The translations under genes were made by a program, and so were the position numbers. The notes beneath the pieces were generated by a model. The model did not search any database. It was not told the origin of the DNA and saw nothing but the letters and a program-made list of their open reading frames with translations. Below, one piece after another: positions 1 to 9,773 of a stretch of 64,000 bases of DNA. How positions within the stretch are numbered: position 1 is the stretch's first letter; every line of letters starts with the position of its first letter. Source of the stretch: Bdellovibrionales bacterium (lineage in GTDB: Bacteria; Bdellovibrionota; Bdellovibrionia; Bdellovibrionales; UBA1609); contig CBDHDF010000002.1 of NCBI GenBank assembly GCA_965261545.1, positions 1 to 64,000 of the forward strand, read 5' to 3'.

Positions 1-84
1 GGGTTGGGTGTAAAATAAAACAAGTCTTATTCTTGTCGATTTATCTAATGATTTCAAGAGATTTTTCTTAAGGAAACGGCATTG
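1..84 (-). mobile_element. Left end of an IS4-family element (second copy, cut by window edge)
   Basis: Reverse complement of 4893-4976; ends in TIR CTTAAGGAAACGGCATTG at 67-84. Confidence 0.9.
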
Positions 85-588
85 ACCTGTGGGAGGATCT
101 CCTGCTTTAAATGCCAGGAACTAGGCTTCCAAAAATAATCCATCAAATCAGATACAGCGAAATTATCCTCCCAAGAGAACTTGGAAATCTCAAGTGCTCT
201 TAATTTCTTGAGCCACCAGGCGGGAGAGCAAACCAAACAGAGAGAATCAGTCATCCTTTTTTCACTCACTTCACCTCGACACACCTTGCTAATCAAAATA
301 TCACTCTCAACAACTTAAACTCAGTCAGGATAAAATCATAAAAATTGCTTCGAGGTCAAAGGAACCCATGAAAAGTCCGTCAAAATAAAGTATTGGATCA
401 CACGTGGGTTAGCTCCTTGACCTTGCTCATGGCTCGGTTCAGAGAAACTGCGATATTGTGCTGAATTTCACGAGTTTGCCCCACCTATCAGTCAGAATGA
501 TCTCTCAACTTATAACCAGGGGGTAAAGGATTGACCCTAAACTTGCTGGCCTCTCTCAGAAAGGCCAGCAAACATGAAGAGATTAATT

Positions 589-792
589 TTACGGTTTTGT
601 TTCACTATCTTGCTTTTCTCTTGGCCCTTTCGAGTCACTGAGCAAGGCATCTGTAAACTTAGTGGTTGGAGTCAAGCCACGAAGGATTTGCTTTGTGGCT
701 GCTTCTTGGAAGAATTGAAAGACCTCTACGGCAGAAAAATACATAAAGACCCAAAATAAAGTGCCTACAATTAAATCGGTTAATGCTTTCAT
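589..792 (-). CDS. Small single-TM membrane peptide (67 aa), paralogue of 49477-49674 and 12742-12948
   Basis: GGAGG RBS upstream; near-identical copy at 49477-49674; hydrophobic N-terminal helix. Confidence 0.75.
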   Translation of the reverse strand: MKALTDLIVGTLFWVFMYFSAVEVFQFFQEAATKQILRGLTPTTKFTDALLSDSKGPREKQDSETKP

Positions 793-1231
793 GATATACC
801 TCCATTATGGTAGTTGAGTTTTGCCCCTTCATTGATGGGGCGTTAATTTTTTTACATTTTTATGCATCGCATTGACGCCTCTTGTTACTTTGGCCCTCAT
901 TTTCATCACATTTGTGGGAATCAAAGAGATGGTGGGGAATCAAAGAGACTGTGACCCACATCTAGGCCACTTTGATGATAGGGGCTTGGGCTTGGCTGAT
1001 TGTGCAATTGCACCTATTCGCCAACACCAGTTTTGCGTGACAACCCGATGGGCAGCCAGCACTTTCCCCCTTAATATCCTCGATGGGCGAGTTAATGGGT
1101 GCCTTCAAGTCACCCACTCCACCCAGGTCAGATTTCTGGGGAAAATACGGGTTCGAGTCCCACCTACCAAGCTGTTCCAAACCTGTCCGTCTGCTTCTTG
1201 GCTGTAGCACCTCAAAAATCCAAGATGGGAT

Positions 1232-1460
1232 CGGTCACCCAAAGGTCACCCAAAAGTCACCCAACTTTGAAATAGTCTGAAATTCTCACAAATACAAAGA
1301 CCCAGAGAGTTTCTCACTTGTGTATTATTAAGTACTTAGAACGATTGAGGAATTAAGAATGTAGCGAAAAGAGGTGTCGCAGCTTGGTCAGTCGGACGGG
1401 ATGGCAGTTAAGTGGCTGAAATCATTGACCCCAATAAAGCCTCGGCCATCAACGGCCATC
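1232..1460. other. att-like non-coding module (arm repeats, core, arm repeats), copy 1
   Basis: GTCACCCAA x3; 17-bp GTGTCGCAGCTTGGTCA (1374-1390) identical at 50207-50223; CGGCCATC x2; same order at 50055-50293. Confidence 0.55.
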
Positions 1461-1648
1461 CATATTTACACCAACTTTACCTTACCAAAATGCAATCACA
1501 AAATCTAGCCCCTAATTCTGCGCTTAATAAAATCAAGAATCTAGCAATTTCTCTCCAATACACTAAAATTCTACTTCTTCTACTTTTTGGTAAAAATTTT
1601 CCAAGTCCTTTGCATTTATACGAAACCCAGTCCCATGATTTCTCGCAC

Positions 1649-1914
1649 TAGTACTCCGTCCAAGAAGTTTTTCAAGATGGCTCATATTCATAGTTGAATT
1701 TTTCTCTCGATTTCTTACGGGTAAAGTTCCATTGAATTACTGGAGCCTTTTTATTCACCGATTTGTTCCAATGCTTTGTCTTCAATTTTAAGGATTTCAT
1801 GTCGCCGACCCTGCCGTCGCCAAGACATTGACGGGAATACATTCCTATCGCAATCTCCGCCTGATTCAACCAAGATGCGTGCTTGGGGGTGTGGTGAACC
1901 TCGAAGCGTTTCCA
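1649..1914 (-). pseudogene. IS630-family transposase C-terminal remnant with right end
   Basis: Frame reads WKRFEVHHTPKHASWLNQAEIAIG...IQWNFT; ends ...ACGGAGTACTAG; truncated at ISCR oriIS (1915). Confidence 0.8.
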
Positions 1915-2809
1915 GGGAATAGGAAGGATAAAAAGCCTTTTTTAGAAATCCACCAGTCATGCCAGTGGCTCCCAAAGTGTAGAAATAGTTTTTTTCAAGC
2001 TCAGTTGGCAGCTTGCGCAAATTCTAGATGCACTCACTATGAATGGGGGAAGGGAGCTAAGAGAAATACGTTGTTTTATTGGTGTTGAGGCGCACTTCTC
2101 CATGGACATAGAAGAGGTTATAAAAAACTCTATGCGTCATTTAGAATCAGAAGTTAAGAAAATGAATCGAAGACCTCACTGCCCTCACTTTGCGGTGGAC
2201 CTCTGGGGGGCCATAGGCTTGGAGGCTGTGAGGTGATGCCGAGATGAGTAAGGATTTTTTCAATGATCTGAGGGTCTTCAATAGAAGAAATGACTTTTAC
2301 TTTTCCACCACACTCAGAGCAAGTTTCAATATCTATATCAAAGACCCTTTTGAGTCTTTGGACCCAGGTCATTCCTGAAGATTTTTTCTTGTTTGCCCTT
2401 GGCTCTGCATCTTCTAAAGCTGAGGTATTTTCCTTTGAGTCTTCATCGATTGAAGTTTCAATTTGGGATTGAGGGACGATTGAGGATCGATATTTGAAAT
2501 TGGGAGCGAAAACTCCGTGGAATCTTGTGAGATTTACTCGTGGCCGAGGAATGAGGGAGGCAAGTCGACTAAGGAAATCAAGGGGGTCGAGAACAATATG
2601 AGTGGTTCCATTATCATAGGCTGTTTTGAGCTTATAGACGACTTGCCCTCTGGCATTCAATGAGAGTCTTTCTTCGCTGAGACTGGGTCTTGAAATATAC
2701 CGGCATACCCTTTCTCGCTTTTTTTTCTCATGGGCTGAGCCTGTAAACTATTTTGTGTAACTGCCGAATCATATTAGGATGAACTATCATCCTGAAAGGA
2801 GAAGGCAAA

Positions 2810-4012
2810 ATGGATATCAAGACAATAGGCAAGGAACTAGCGAAGAACGTCAAGACCCAAAAGGATTTATCCGACATAACGGGTCAACTGATGAAGGTTG
2901 TTTTAGAGACAGCTCTTAATGCGGAAATGGACGATCACCTAGGTTATGAGAGGCATGAGAAGTCTGAGACCCGCAAATCCAACACTCGCAATGGTTACAG
3001 TAGAAAGACCATAAAGGGAGAGAAAGGCGAGGTGGAGCTTCAGGTCCCCCGTGACCGAAGTGCCTCCTTTGAGCCCCAAGTCATTCCCAAAGGCAAGACT
3101 CGTCTTGAGGGCTTTGAAGACAGTATTCTGACCCTCTATGCGAGGGGAATGACGACCAGGGATATTCAAGGAGCTATCAAAGACCTCTACCATGGTGCAG
3201 AGATATCCCACTCAGTGATAGCCAACGTGACGGATGCTGTTATTGATGAAGTTACGGCTTGGCAGAACCGCCCCTTGGATAGCACTTACCCTATCGTATT
3301 TTTGGACTGTATCGTGGTGAAGGTCCATCAAGACAAGAGAGTTATTAATAAGGCGATTTACCTAGCTCTTGGTATTACAGAGGAGGGTCAGAAAGACTTG
3401 TTGGGCCTATGGATTTCTGAAAATGAGGGTTCAAAGTTTTGGTTGAGTGTTTTGACTGAGCTGCAAAATCGAGGGTTGAAAGACGTATTTATATTTTCTG
3501 TAGATGGTCTTACAGGTTTTCCTCAAGCCATTTCAGCGGCTTTTCCCAAGTCTAAAGTACAACTGTGCATTGTCCATATGGTCCGCAATTCCCTTCGCTA
3601 TGTTCCTTCCAAGGATATGAAAGCTGTCGCCCAAGACCTCAAGTCCATTTATGGCTCTACGACTCTGACAGAAGCTGAAAAGGCCCTTGAGGAATTTTGT
3701 ACCAAGTGGTCTTCAAAGTATCCGAATATTGAAAAGTCTTGGCGTAGGAATTGGGACAATCTCATCACTATTTTCGATTATCCGGATGAAATCAGAAAGA
3801 TTTTTTATACCACAAACGCCATAGAGTCGTTAAATAGCGTGATCCGCAAGGCGATCAGAAATCGTAAGATATTTCCCAGTGATCGGTCGGCTTTAAAAGT
3901 TGTATATTTAGCGATAAAAATGGCCTCTAAGCGATGGACACGACCATTACACAACTGGAAGCCAGCCATGAACAGGTTTGCCATTGAATACGGTGACCGT
4001 TTTGACAACTAA
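2810..4012 (+). CDS. IS256-family DDE transposase
   Basis: RNGY, VPRDR, GMTTRDI, VFLD, VDGL, QLCIVH, YTTNAIES motifs. Confidence 0.97.
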   Translation: MDIKTIGKELAKNVKTQKDLSDITGQLMKVVLETALNAEMDDHLGYERHEKSETRKSNTRNGYSRKTIKGEKGEVELQVPRDRSASFEPQVIPKGKTRLEGFEDSILTLYARGMTTRDIQGAIKDLYHGAEISHSVIANVTDAVIDEVTAWQNRPLDSTYPIVFLDCIVVKVHQDKRVINKAIYLALGITEEGQKDLLGLWISENEGSKFWLSVLTELQNRGLKDVFIFSVDGLTGFPQAISAAFPKSKVQLCIVHMVRNSLRYVPSKDMKAVAQDLKSIYGSTTLTEAEKALEEFCTKWSSKYPNIEKSWRRNWDNLITIFDYPDEIRKIFYTTNAIESLNSVIRKAIRNRKIFPSDRSALKVVYLAIKMASKRWTRPLHNWKPAMNRFAIEYGDRFDN

Positions 4013-4106
4013 GTTTTTTAATAAGGTCCACCACCTGCCTTATAAGGGGGCTTAAAAGCCCCTCTAAGGCGTTGACAGAAGTACTGGAATACCGAGACTA
4101 TGGTTA

Positions 4107-4299
4107 GGGTAATATAGTATGGGAACCTAAATACATGCCCTCTTGGTGCAGATTTGGGTTCCCATTTTTTTTCATATTTCATCCCAATTCTGGTATTTCT
4201 CGAATATCCTAAGTTAAAAAAAATAAAAAAAAGGGGGTAATATAGTATGGGAACCTAAACACATGAACCCTTTGATGAGATTGGAATTTCCATTTTTTT
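4107..4299 (+). repeat. Two tandem hairpin/T-tract units with 128-bp period, possible sRNAs
   Basis: GGGTAATATAGTATGGGAACCTAAA identical at 4107-4131 and 4235-4259; each followed by a complementary arm and T-run. Confidence 0.7.
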
Positions 4300-4892
4300 G
4301 AGAGAGCCATTGCTGATTTTTTTTCAACCAAGATGATAATTATTTATTTGAGTTCTTTCCAGTTCTGATATGATCCCATTACGGCTCCATAATACAATCA
4401 AAAGTCCAGAGTAACTAAAGAGGCCAATTATATAGACCAGCGAAGATGTCCACCTCCCCATTAACTTATAATGCATTGTGACTGACAAAATCGCTTGAAG
4501 GAAAAAATGTCAATTATACATTGACGAATAATATGGGACTGTGCTTTTTACCAGGAGTGGAGCCACATAAGTGGCTTTAAGATTTAAGAAAAAAATTGCA
4601 GTTACACAATTATTTTTACAGTCCCCATGGGCTCTACATGCGACTCCTCCATGGAGGCTAAAGCCAGAATATTTGGCGAGAAATTCCTTGTTAAAGTCTT
4701 TACCTCTTGGCGGTACAGTGTGGAGAGTCAATGCTTTTTTCCCTTTGTGGGGACCGAGAGCTATTCTATAGGTGATTGATGATCCTCGGACTTGGTCCAT
4801 ACTGTTAGAGGCTTCCATCGCCAGATACTCTTGCCCTGTCTCATCTTTTAGAATGAGTCCCTTTTTCTCTAGGTGCTTGACCACTCTATGAG

Positions 4893-6309
4893 CTATGCCG
4901 TTTCCTTAAGAAAAATCTCTTGAAATCATTAGATAAATCGACAAGAATAAGACTTGTTTTATTTTACACCCAACCCTCAACCAAGGAGTAAGTCACATGC
5001 AATCCAATATTGATCTCGAAAGCCCCCAAATGACGAGTTCGCGTCACAGATGACCATTTTATTCTACCAAAACTTGATTCTTCCTTCAAGCCAGAGCACC
5101 TTGTCGATCCAGAAAAACAAAAAAGGAATCGAAAATTTAATCCTCAAATTTTCTTTTTTACCATTATCTATCTTATTTCCGGAACAAATTACGAAGGCTA
5201 CCAAATCGCTCTTAAGACGGTATGGACTCATTTTGGTGACCTGCTTCTCATGCCAGTCAAAAGCAGTCTCAGCAAGATACGTCAAAGTATTTCTTACCTA
5301 TTTTTCAAAGATATCTTTGAATCTCTGATTACAGACTACGAACCATTGAGAAAAACGTTTCATGGTTTTTATATCTATGCCATAGATGGCGACCAATTAG
5401 CACTTCCTCGCTCTAAAGATCTTTTAAAGGAGGGTTATTGTGGGTACCCTTGCCCAAATGAGATGGAAACTCATTTCTTACGTATGTATCTATCTCATGC
5501 TTATGACGTTTTATCGGGTGTGACAAAGAATCTTTGCTTTTCTCCCGCTCTCAACGAAATCGCCAATGCTATTCAAATGATAGGTAGTTTTGAGAGTAAT
5601 AGCATAACTCTCTACGATAGGCTTTATTTATCTACAGAGATTATTAAGGCCCATGCTCAAGCCAGTAACTTCTTTATTGCGCGTTGTAAGCGAGGCTCTA
5701 CTTTTATCCCCATCGTAAATTTATTTAATGGCCCAGGTTGGTATTCACAAATGGTTATTGAGGGGGTGGTCATTCATCTCTATAAGTATAAAAACCCAAA
5801 GACTGGGGAGTTCTCTGTTTTGGCCACTAATCTTCCGCATGGCTCCTTGGACAAGAAGGATATGGTTGCTCTTTACTCTCGTCGTTGGGAAATAGAAACG
5901 ACATTTCGTGATTTTACATCGACAATGAAAATGGAGCAGTGGCACTCAACAAGCCTTAATGGAATATTGCAAGAGCTGTATTCTTATTTTTGGCTCTTCA
6001 ATTATACAAAGATTCAAATGAGCATAAATGAGGATGAAGACAGTGTGAATCAGTTGGTAAAAAATGACTACAAAAAACCTAACTTTAAACTGATTCTTGA
6101 TTTCATAATGGATAGCATCCCTCTTTTTGTTGCGGGGCTCTATCAGAAATTTAGGAAGCAGATAAAGTTGCTGATGAAGATTTCAATGGAGAAGAGGAGG
6201 CACTTCAAAAGAAGCTATGAAAGGTCTATCAAAAGCGCTGGGAGTTCTTTTAAAAGAAATAGCTTAACGCAGAGGCAGAGGGGTGTGGTGGCTTAAGGAA
6301 ACGGCATTG
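4893..6309 (+). mobile_element. IS4-family element
   Basis: TIRs CTATGCCGTTTCCTTAAG and CTTAAGGAAACGGCATTG; 10-bp TSD ACTCTATGAG at 4883-4892 and 6310-6319, single in the intact ISCR copy. Confidence 0.93.
5250..6296 (+). CDS. IS4-family transposase (frame open from 5034; true start uncertain)
   Basis: AIDG, YDRLY and YSRRWEIETTFR (YREK-like) motifs. Confidence 0.9.
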   Translation: MPVKSSLSKIRQSISYLFFKDIFESLITDYEPLRKTFHGFYIYAIDGDQLALPRSKDLLKEGYCGYPCPNEMETHFLRMYLSHAYDVLSGVTKNLCFSPALNEIANAIQMIGSFESNSITLYDRLYLSTEIIKAHAQASNFFIARCKRGSTFIPIVNLFNGPGWYSQMVIEGVVIHLYKYKNPKTGEFSVLATNLPHGSLDKKDMVALYSRRWEIETTFRDFTSTMKMEQWHSTSLNGILQELYSYFWLFNYTKIQMSINEDEDSVNQLVKNDYKKPNFKLILDFIMDSIPLFVAGLYQKFRKQIKLLMKISMEKRRHFKRSYERSIKSAGSSFKRNSLTQRQRGVVA

Positions 6310-6978
6310 ACTCTATGAGCTATGCTCACCAAGACATGATCCATTTCACTTTGGATGGGCGGGGTTATGGGGTGAAAATGAGGTTTATCTTCGGGGAATG
6401 TGTACACTCCATCCAAATACATCATATGGAAATGAATATTGAGATTGATGCTTCCACCAAAACGTTGAATGAAGGTAACAGAGCCTGTTTTAGCCCCTGA
6501 TTTTTTGGTAAGACCAGCTTTTTTGGTAAGGTAGGTGGAAATGGCTCGATGAACGATGGCCAGGACCTCTCCCATGACTTTTGGATTTTTGGCAAAGAGG
6601 AATCTTATTTGAAAAGGAAAGCTAAGGACCCATTGCCGTAAGGGTTTTTTGGGAAAAACCTCATCGACCAAGTGGGCCGCACTCTCAGCCATTCTTCTTG
6701 CGCCGCAACTTGGGCAGAAGCCTCGACGCTTGCAGCTAAAGGCCACAAGCCTTTCATGGTGGCAAGATTCACACTGGGTTCTCAAGAAACCATGAGCGAG
6801 AATTCCACACTTGAGAAACTCATCAAATTCTTTTTTAACGAACTGGGGAAGGCCATTTTCATGTTCACTTTCTATGTGCCGGTAGAAAGTGAGCAAGTTT
6901 TCTTGCACCAATTTGTAAAGAAGAGTCTTTTCAGGGCGATGTCGTTGGTATTTGGGAGCATTGTTAAAAATATGGGGA

Positions 6979-7404
6979 TCAACAAGGGCCATGGCCTTTG
7001 TTGGGAGGCAAGTTCAATGCCAATGTGGGTGAGCCACCAAAAAACTCTTTTTTTTCTTTGATTTTTAGTGTGACTCTCGTTGGTTTGTAGACCCCTTCTC
7101 TTTTGAGGATGGTGATGACCATATGGTGGTGCCATCCCTTGCCTTGCTTTTTGGTGGGGACCTTCATAGCATCGAGAAGCCTTGCGATGGCTGTGGGATG
7201 AAGGCCCTCATCTTCATACATACTTTTGATGGTGGTTGCCGTTTTTAATTCGGACTTGTGGTCAAGGAGCTTTCCACCAACTTTCTTTTTTCCATAGATG
7301 GGTCGTGGGTGTGCATAGGACTCTCGGAGGGGAATGTTGTACCTTATCAGTAGGTCCCGGATGTGTGTTTTTGAGCACGCAAGTCCTTGATCTAGGGGAG
7401 CCAT
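6979..7404 (-). CDS. Short recombinase-domain protein (large serine recombinase DNA-binding fragment), probably truncated
   Basis: PIYG...EL...IKSMY..GL...AIARLL....VPTK..GKGWHHHMV..IL pattern. Confidence 0.55.
   Translation of the reverse strand: MAPLDQGLACSKTHIRDLLIRYNIPLRESYAHPRPIYGKKKVGGKLLDHKSELKTATTIKSMYEDEGLHPTAIARLLDAMKVPTKKQGKGWHHHMVITILKREGVYKPTRVTLKIKEKKEFFGGSPTLALNLPPNKGHGPC
7008..7023 (-). promoter_or_regulatory. sigma54-type -24/-12 motif upstream of ISCR transposase
   Basis: TTGGCATTGAACTTGC (GG-N10-GC); conserved at 57899-57914. Confidence 0.55.
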
Positions 7405-7411
7405 GCGTATA

Positions 7412-7455
7412 TCCTCTTGACAAACTACATTAAAACATGTAGTTTGTCAAGAGGA
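7412..7455. promoter_or_regulatory. Perfect inverted repeat with 19-bp arms: symmetric promoter/operator
   Basis: TCCTCTTGACAAACTACAT-TAAAAC-ATGTAGTTTGTCAAGAGGA; TTGACA-17-TAGTTT and GAGGA on both strands. Confidence 0.8.
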
Positions 7456-7461
7456 GCATAA

Positions 7462-7788
7462 GTGGCAGCTAAGAGAGTCAACTACTATGTGACAATAAAT
7501 GGTAAGTCACCTTTCTTAGAATGGACTGACAATTTGGATATTAAAAGCCAGGTTATTGTTGATCGCTTTATACAGAGGGTTGCTCAAGGTGGTGCTAAAA
7601 AATCAATAAAAAGTTTAAAGGATGGTATTTTTGAAATTAAAATCCCACATGCTTCTGGGTTGAGAGTGTATTTTGGAGAGGGTGGTGACCAACTCATTCT
7701 TCTCCTAATTGGTGGAAACAAAAGAACACAAAGTAGAGACATAAAAAAAGCCAAGGAGTACTGGAGTTATTATGGCAAACAGAAGTAA
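7462..7788 (+). CDS. RelE/ParE (HigB/Gp49-like) type II toxin
   Basis: GKSPFLEW...KSLKDGIFEIKI....GLRVYF....LILLLIGGNKRTQSRDIKKAKEYW. Confidence 0.9.
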   Translation: MAAKRVNYYVTINGKSPFLEWTDNLDIKSQVIVDRFIQRVAQGGAKKSIKSLKDGIFEIKIPHASGLRVYFGEGGDQLILLLIGGNKRTQSRDIKKAKEYWSYYGKQK

Positions 7789-8086
7789 AAGCTATGATGA
7801 AGTACTAGCTAAGAAATTTGAAAACCCTGAGTACGCCAAAAGCTACTTATTAAACATCGTTGAAGCAGAAGGGCTTGCTGTGGATACAGCTCTTCGTGAA
7901 ACGATCAAAGCAATGGGGCTTCAAAGCTTTTCTGAAAAATCTGGCCTTTCCATTCAAGCTGTCTCCGATTTTGTGGCAAATAGACAAAAATGGAGTACAG
8001 ATAAACTTTCAAAACATATTGGAGAAGTTTTTCATCTGAGAGTAAAATTATCTCTCGAAAACTCTGATCCAAGCGAAGTGGCATAA
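7772..8086 (+). CDS. HTH antitoxin (addiction module antidote)
   Basis: Overlaps toxin stop; ALRETIKAMGLQSFSEKSGLSIQAVS HTH. Confidence 0.8.
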   Translation: MANRSKSYDEVLAKKFENPEYAKSYLLNIVEAEGLAVDTALRETIKAMGLQSFSEKSGLSIQAVSDFVANRQKWSTDKLSKHIGEVFHLRVKLSLENSDPSEVA

Positions 8087-8341
8087 TTGAAGATATGCTC
8101 ATTCACTTTGTTGCGTTCTCGGCCGCAACAAGATTTTTGCCCTTGATTCCGCAACACATACGCAACAAACACCTAGGCCAGTTGGACGTATTTTCAAGGT
8201 TTTCTTGACGTTGGTTTGAGGTGAGAAAGGGCCGTATTTGCTGAATTTTCATGAACTTAAGGGAGGGGCCTGTCTTTCAAAGGTTAATGATTACAAAATG
8301 TTATCAAAATTAACCTTTCACCTGTTGGAGAAATTTGTCTT

Positions 8342-8409
8342 TAGACGCGCCGGACTCAAAATTCGGTTCTGGTAACAGAGTGGGAGTTCGATTCTCCCCG
8401 GAGGCACCA
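8342..8409 (+). other. tRNA-Leu(CAA) 3' fragment, att site of the adjacent integrase
   Basis: CCGGA-CTCAAAA-TTCGG anticodon arm, long variable arm, GGGAG-TTCGATT-CTCCC T arm, CGGAGGC-ACCA; 5' acceptor strand absent; CGCAACA repeats at 8124-8167. Confidence 0.85.
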
Positions 8410-8432
8410 AATGTCACTTCACAGCATCCACT

Positions 8433-9773
8433 TCAATCTTCCATTTTCCACATTTTTTCATTGAGTATTTCTGCAATTCTTTTGGTATCCATCTTCGGTT
8501 TTCCACAGTAGTGATGCTCGTTGACATCTCGGCCATGGCCAAGAATGGATGCTCTTTCATCCAAAGACATGCCAGCTTCTTTGGCTGTCAGATTAAACCC
8601 TCGGCGCATATCATGCCTTGTGTAGGGCACGCTGTAGTCTTTCCGAACCTTTTTACCATCTTTATACTTCCTCGTCGCTGGGCTGGAACTCTCTTTAGCC
8701 TCTGCCAAACCAGCAGCAATAAATAAAGCTCCCCAGGCACCACTTACAGAGTCTACTCTTCGATAGACAGGCTTTGGACTCTTGGTCGATAAACGACAAT
8801 CTACCATTGTAAAGATAAATCGTGCATCCACTGGAACCAATTTGCCTTGTTGGCTGGGAGCGTAACCCACAACCCGGTGCTTCATAGCTCTTTCCACCAA
8901 AGGTTTGAGCATATCCAAAACATCCGTAGGAATGATTGTCTCTCTGGTCTTTCCATATTTGGGTGACCATTGCATTCCATGCTTGGTGGGACACTCCTTG
9001 GGTTGAATCACCCAATGACCTGTCTCCCAATTGATATCATCCACTTCTAAATACAACCACTCCTTTGTTCGCGCCCCTGTACGAAAAAGCCCATAGGCAA
9101 ATTCTTTGATAGGGAAGCCGTAGCGATGTGTGTAGTTTGCGGATAACAATTGAGGAAGAATGTTTTTTGAAGGGGCCACCGTTCTTGCCCTTTCTTCTTT
9201 GGGCACTGAAATGGCTTCCACATCCACCCAAGGGTTTTGAGGAATTAGCTTTCTCTTTTTAAGCCATTTAAACAAACGCTTTATGGCATTGAGATCATTA
9301 AAAGCAGTGACTCTTTTAATCTCTCCCGCCTTCACACGCTTAAGTAAATGTCTCCGAAAATTATAAGCCTCATATTCCGTAAGTTTGTGAACATAATTGA
9401 CCTTAAACTTTTTCTCCAACACGGCAGCGACAGGAAGCATTCTCGTCTTTTCCGTGTGAAGATAATTGGGTGAAGCCCCTTCAATTTGAAGGTGCTCTAA
9501 ATAGTCGTTGATAGCCATTTCAAAAGTTGAAAGCTTGCTAGAACTCTCTTGGAACTTTTCAAGTTCTTTTTCTGTAAAAAGACCCTTGGCAAGTTCCTTT
9601 TCTTTTTTACTGGCATTTTTTCTAGCTGATTTTTCATCGTTACCAGGAGCACGACCATAAAACCACTTTCCATTGGGGAGTTTAAATTTCCAGTACCAAC
9701 CCCATTTGCGTTGATGCACATAAACTCTTGGAGTGTATTCAAAAGATACTTCAAGTTGTACTAATTCGTTCAT
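8433..9773 (-). CDS. int: Tyrosine integrase
   Basis: RTGARTKE, HDMRR, ILGH...NEHHY catalytic motifs; ends next to tRNA fragment. Confidence 0.92.
   Translation of the reverse strand: MNELVQLEVSFEYTPRVYVHQRKWGWYWKFKLPNGKWFYGRAPGNDEKSARKNASKKEKELAKGLFTEKELEKFQESSSKLSTFEMAINDYLEHLQIEGASPNYLHTEKTRMLPVAAVLEKKFKVNYVHKLTEYEAYNFRRHLLKRVKAGEIKRVTAFNDLNAIKRLFKWLKKRKLIPQNPWVDVEAISVPKEERARTVAPSKNILPQLLSANYTHRYGFPIKEFAYGLFRTGARTKEWLYLEVDDINWETGHWVIQPKECPTKHGMQWSPKYGKTRETIIPTDVLDMLKPLVERAMKHRVVGYAPSQQGKLVPVDARFIFTMVDCRLSTKSPKPVYRRVDSVSGAWGALFIAAGLAEAKESSSPATRKYKDGKKVRKDYSVPYTRHDMRRGFNLTAKEAGMSLDERASILGHGRDVNEHHYCGKPKMDTKRIAEILNEKMWKMED

Larger units (their letters stand above)
2737..4625 (+). mobile_element. 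IS256-family element with extended 3' region
   Basis: TIRs GAGCCTGTAAACTATTTTGTGTAACTGC and GCAGTTACACAATTATTTTTACAGTCCC; 8-bp TSD CATGGGCT at 2729-2736 and 4626-4633. Confidence 0.95.
2154..6992 (-). pseudogene. IS91-family (Y2) transposase split into three pieces: 6310-6992, 4626-4892, 2154-2736
   Basis: Pieces join to match 56378-57883; SCKRRGFCPSC, HFH and YISRP motifs. Confidence 0.93.
1915..7023 (-). mobile_element. ISCR/IS91-like rolling-circle element, copy 1, interrupted by IS256 and IS4
   Basis: Colinear with intact copy 56134-57914; oriIS-like TTTTATCCTTCCTATTCCC ends at 1915. Confidence 0.85.

Noticed and set aside
54..296. 80-aa ORF as a gene
   Set aside because: Runs into the IS4 end and has no recognisable motif; at most a truncated remnant
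4107..4299. Two 25-bp direct repeats as a mini-CRISPR
   Set aside because: Only two units, about 100 bp apart, each pairing with its own downstream sequence; no cas genes
8325..8409. Intact tRNA-Leu gene
   Set aside because: 5' acceptor strand (GCCTCCG) and the start of the D arm are missing
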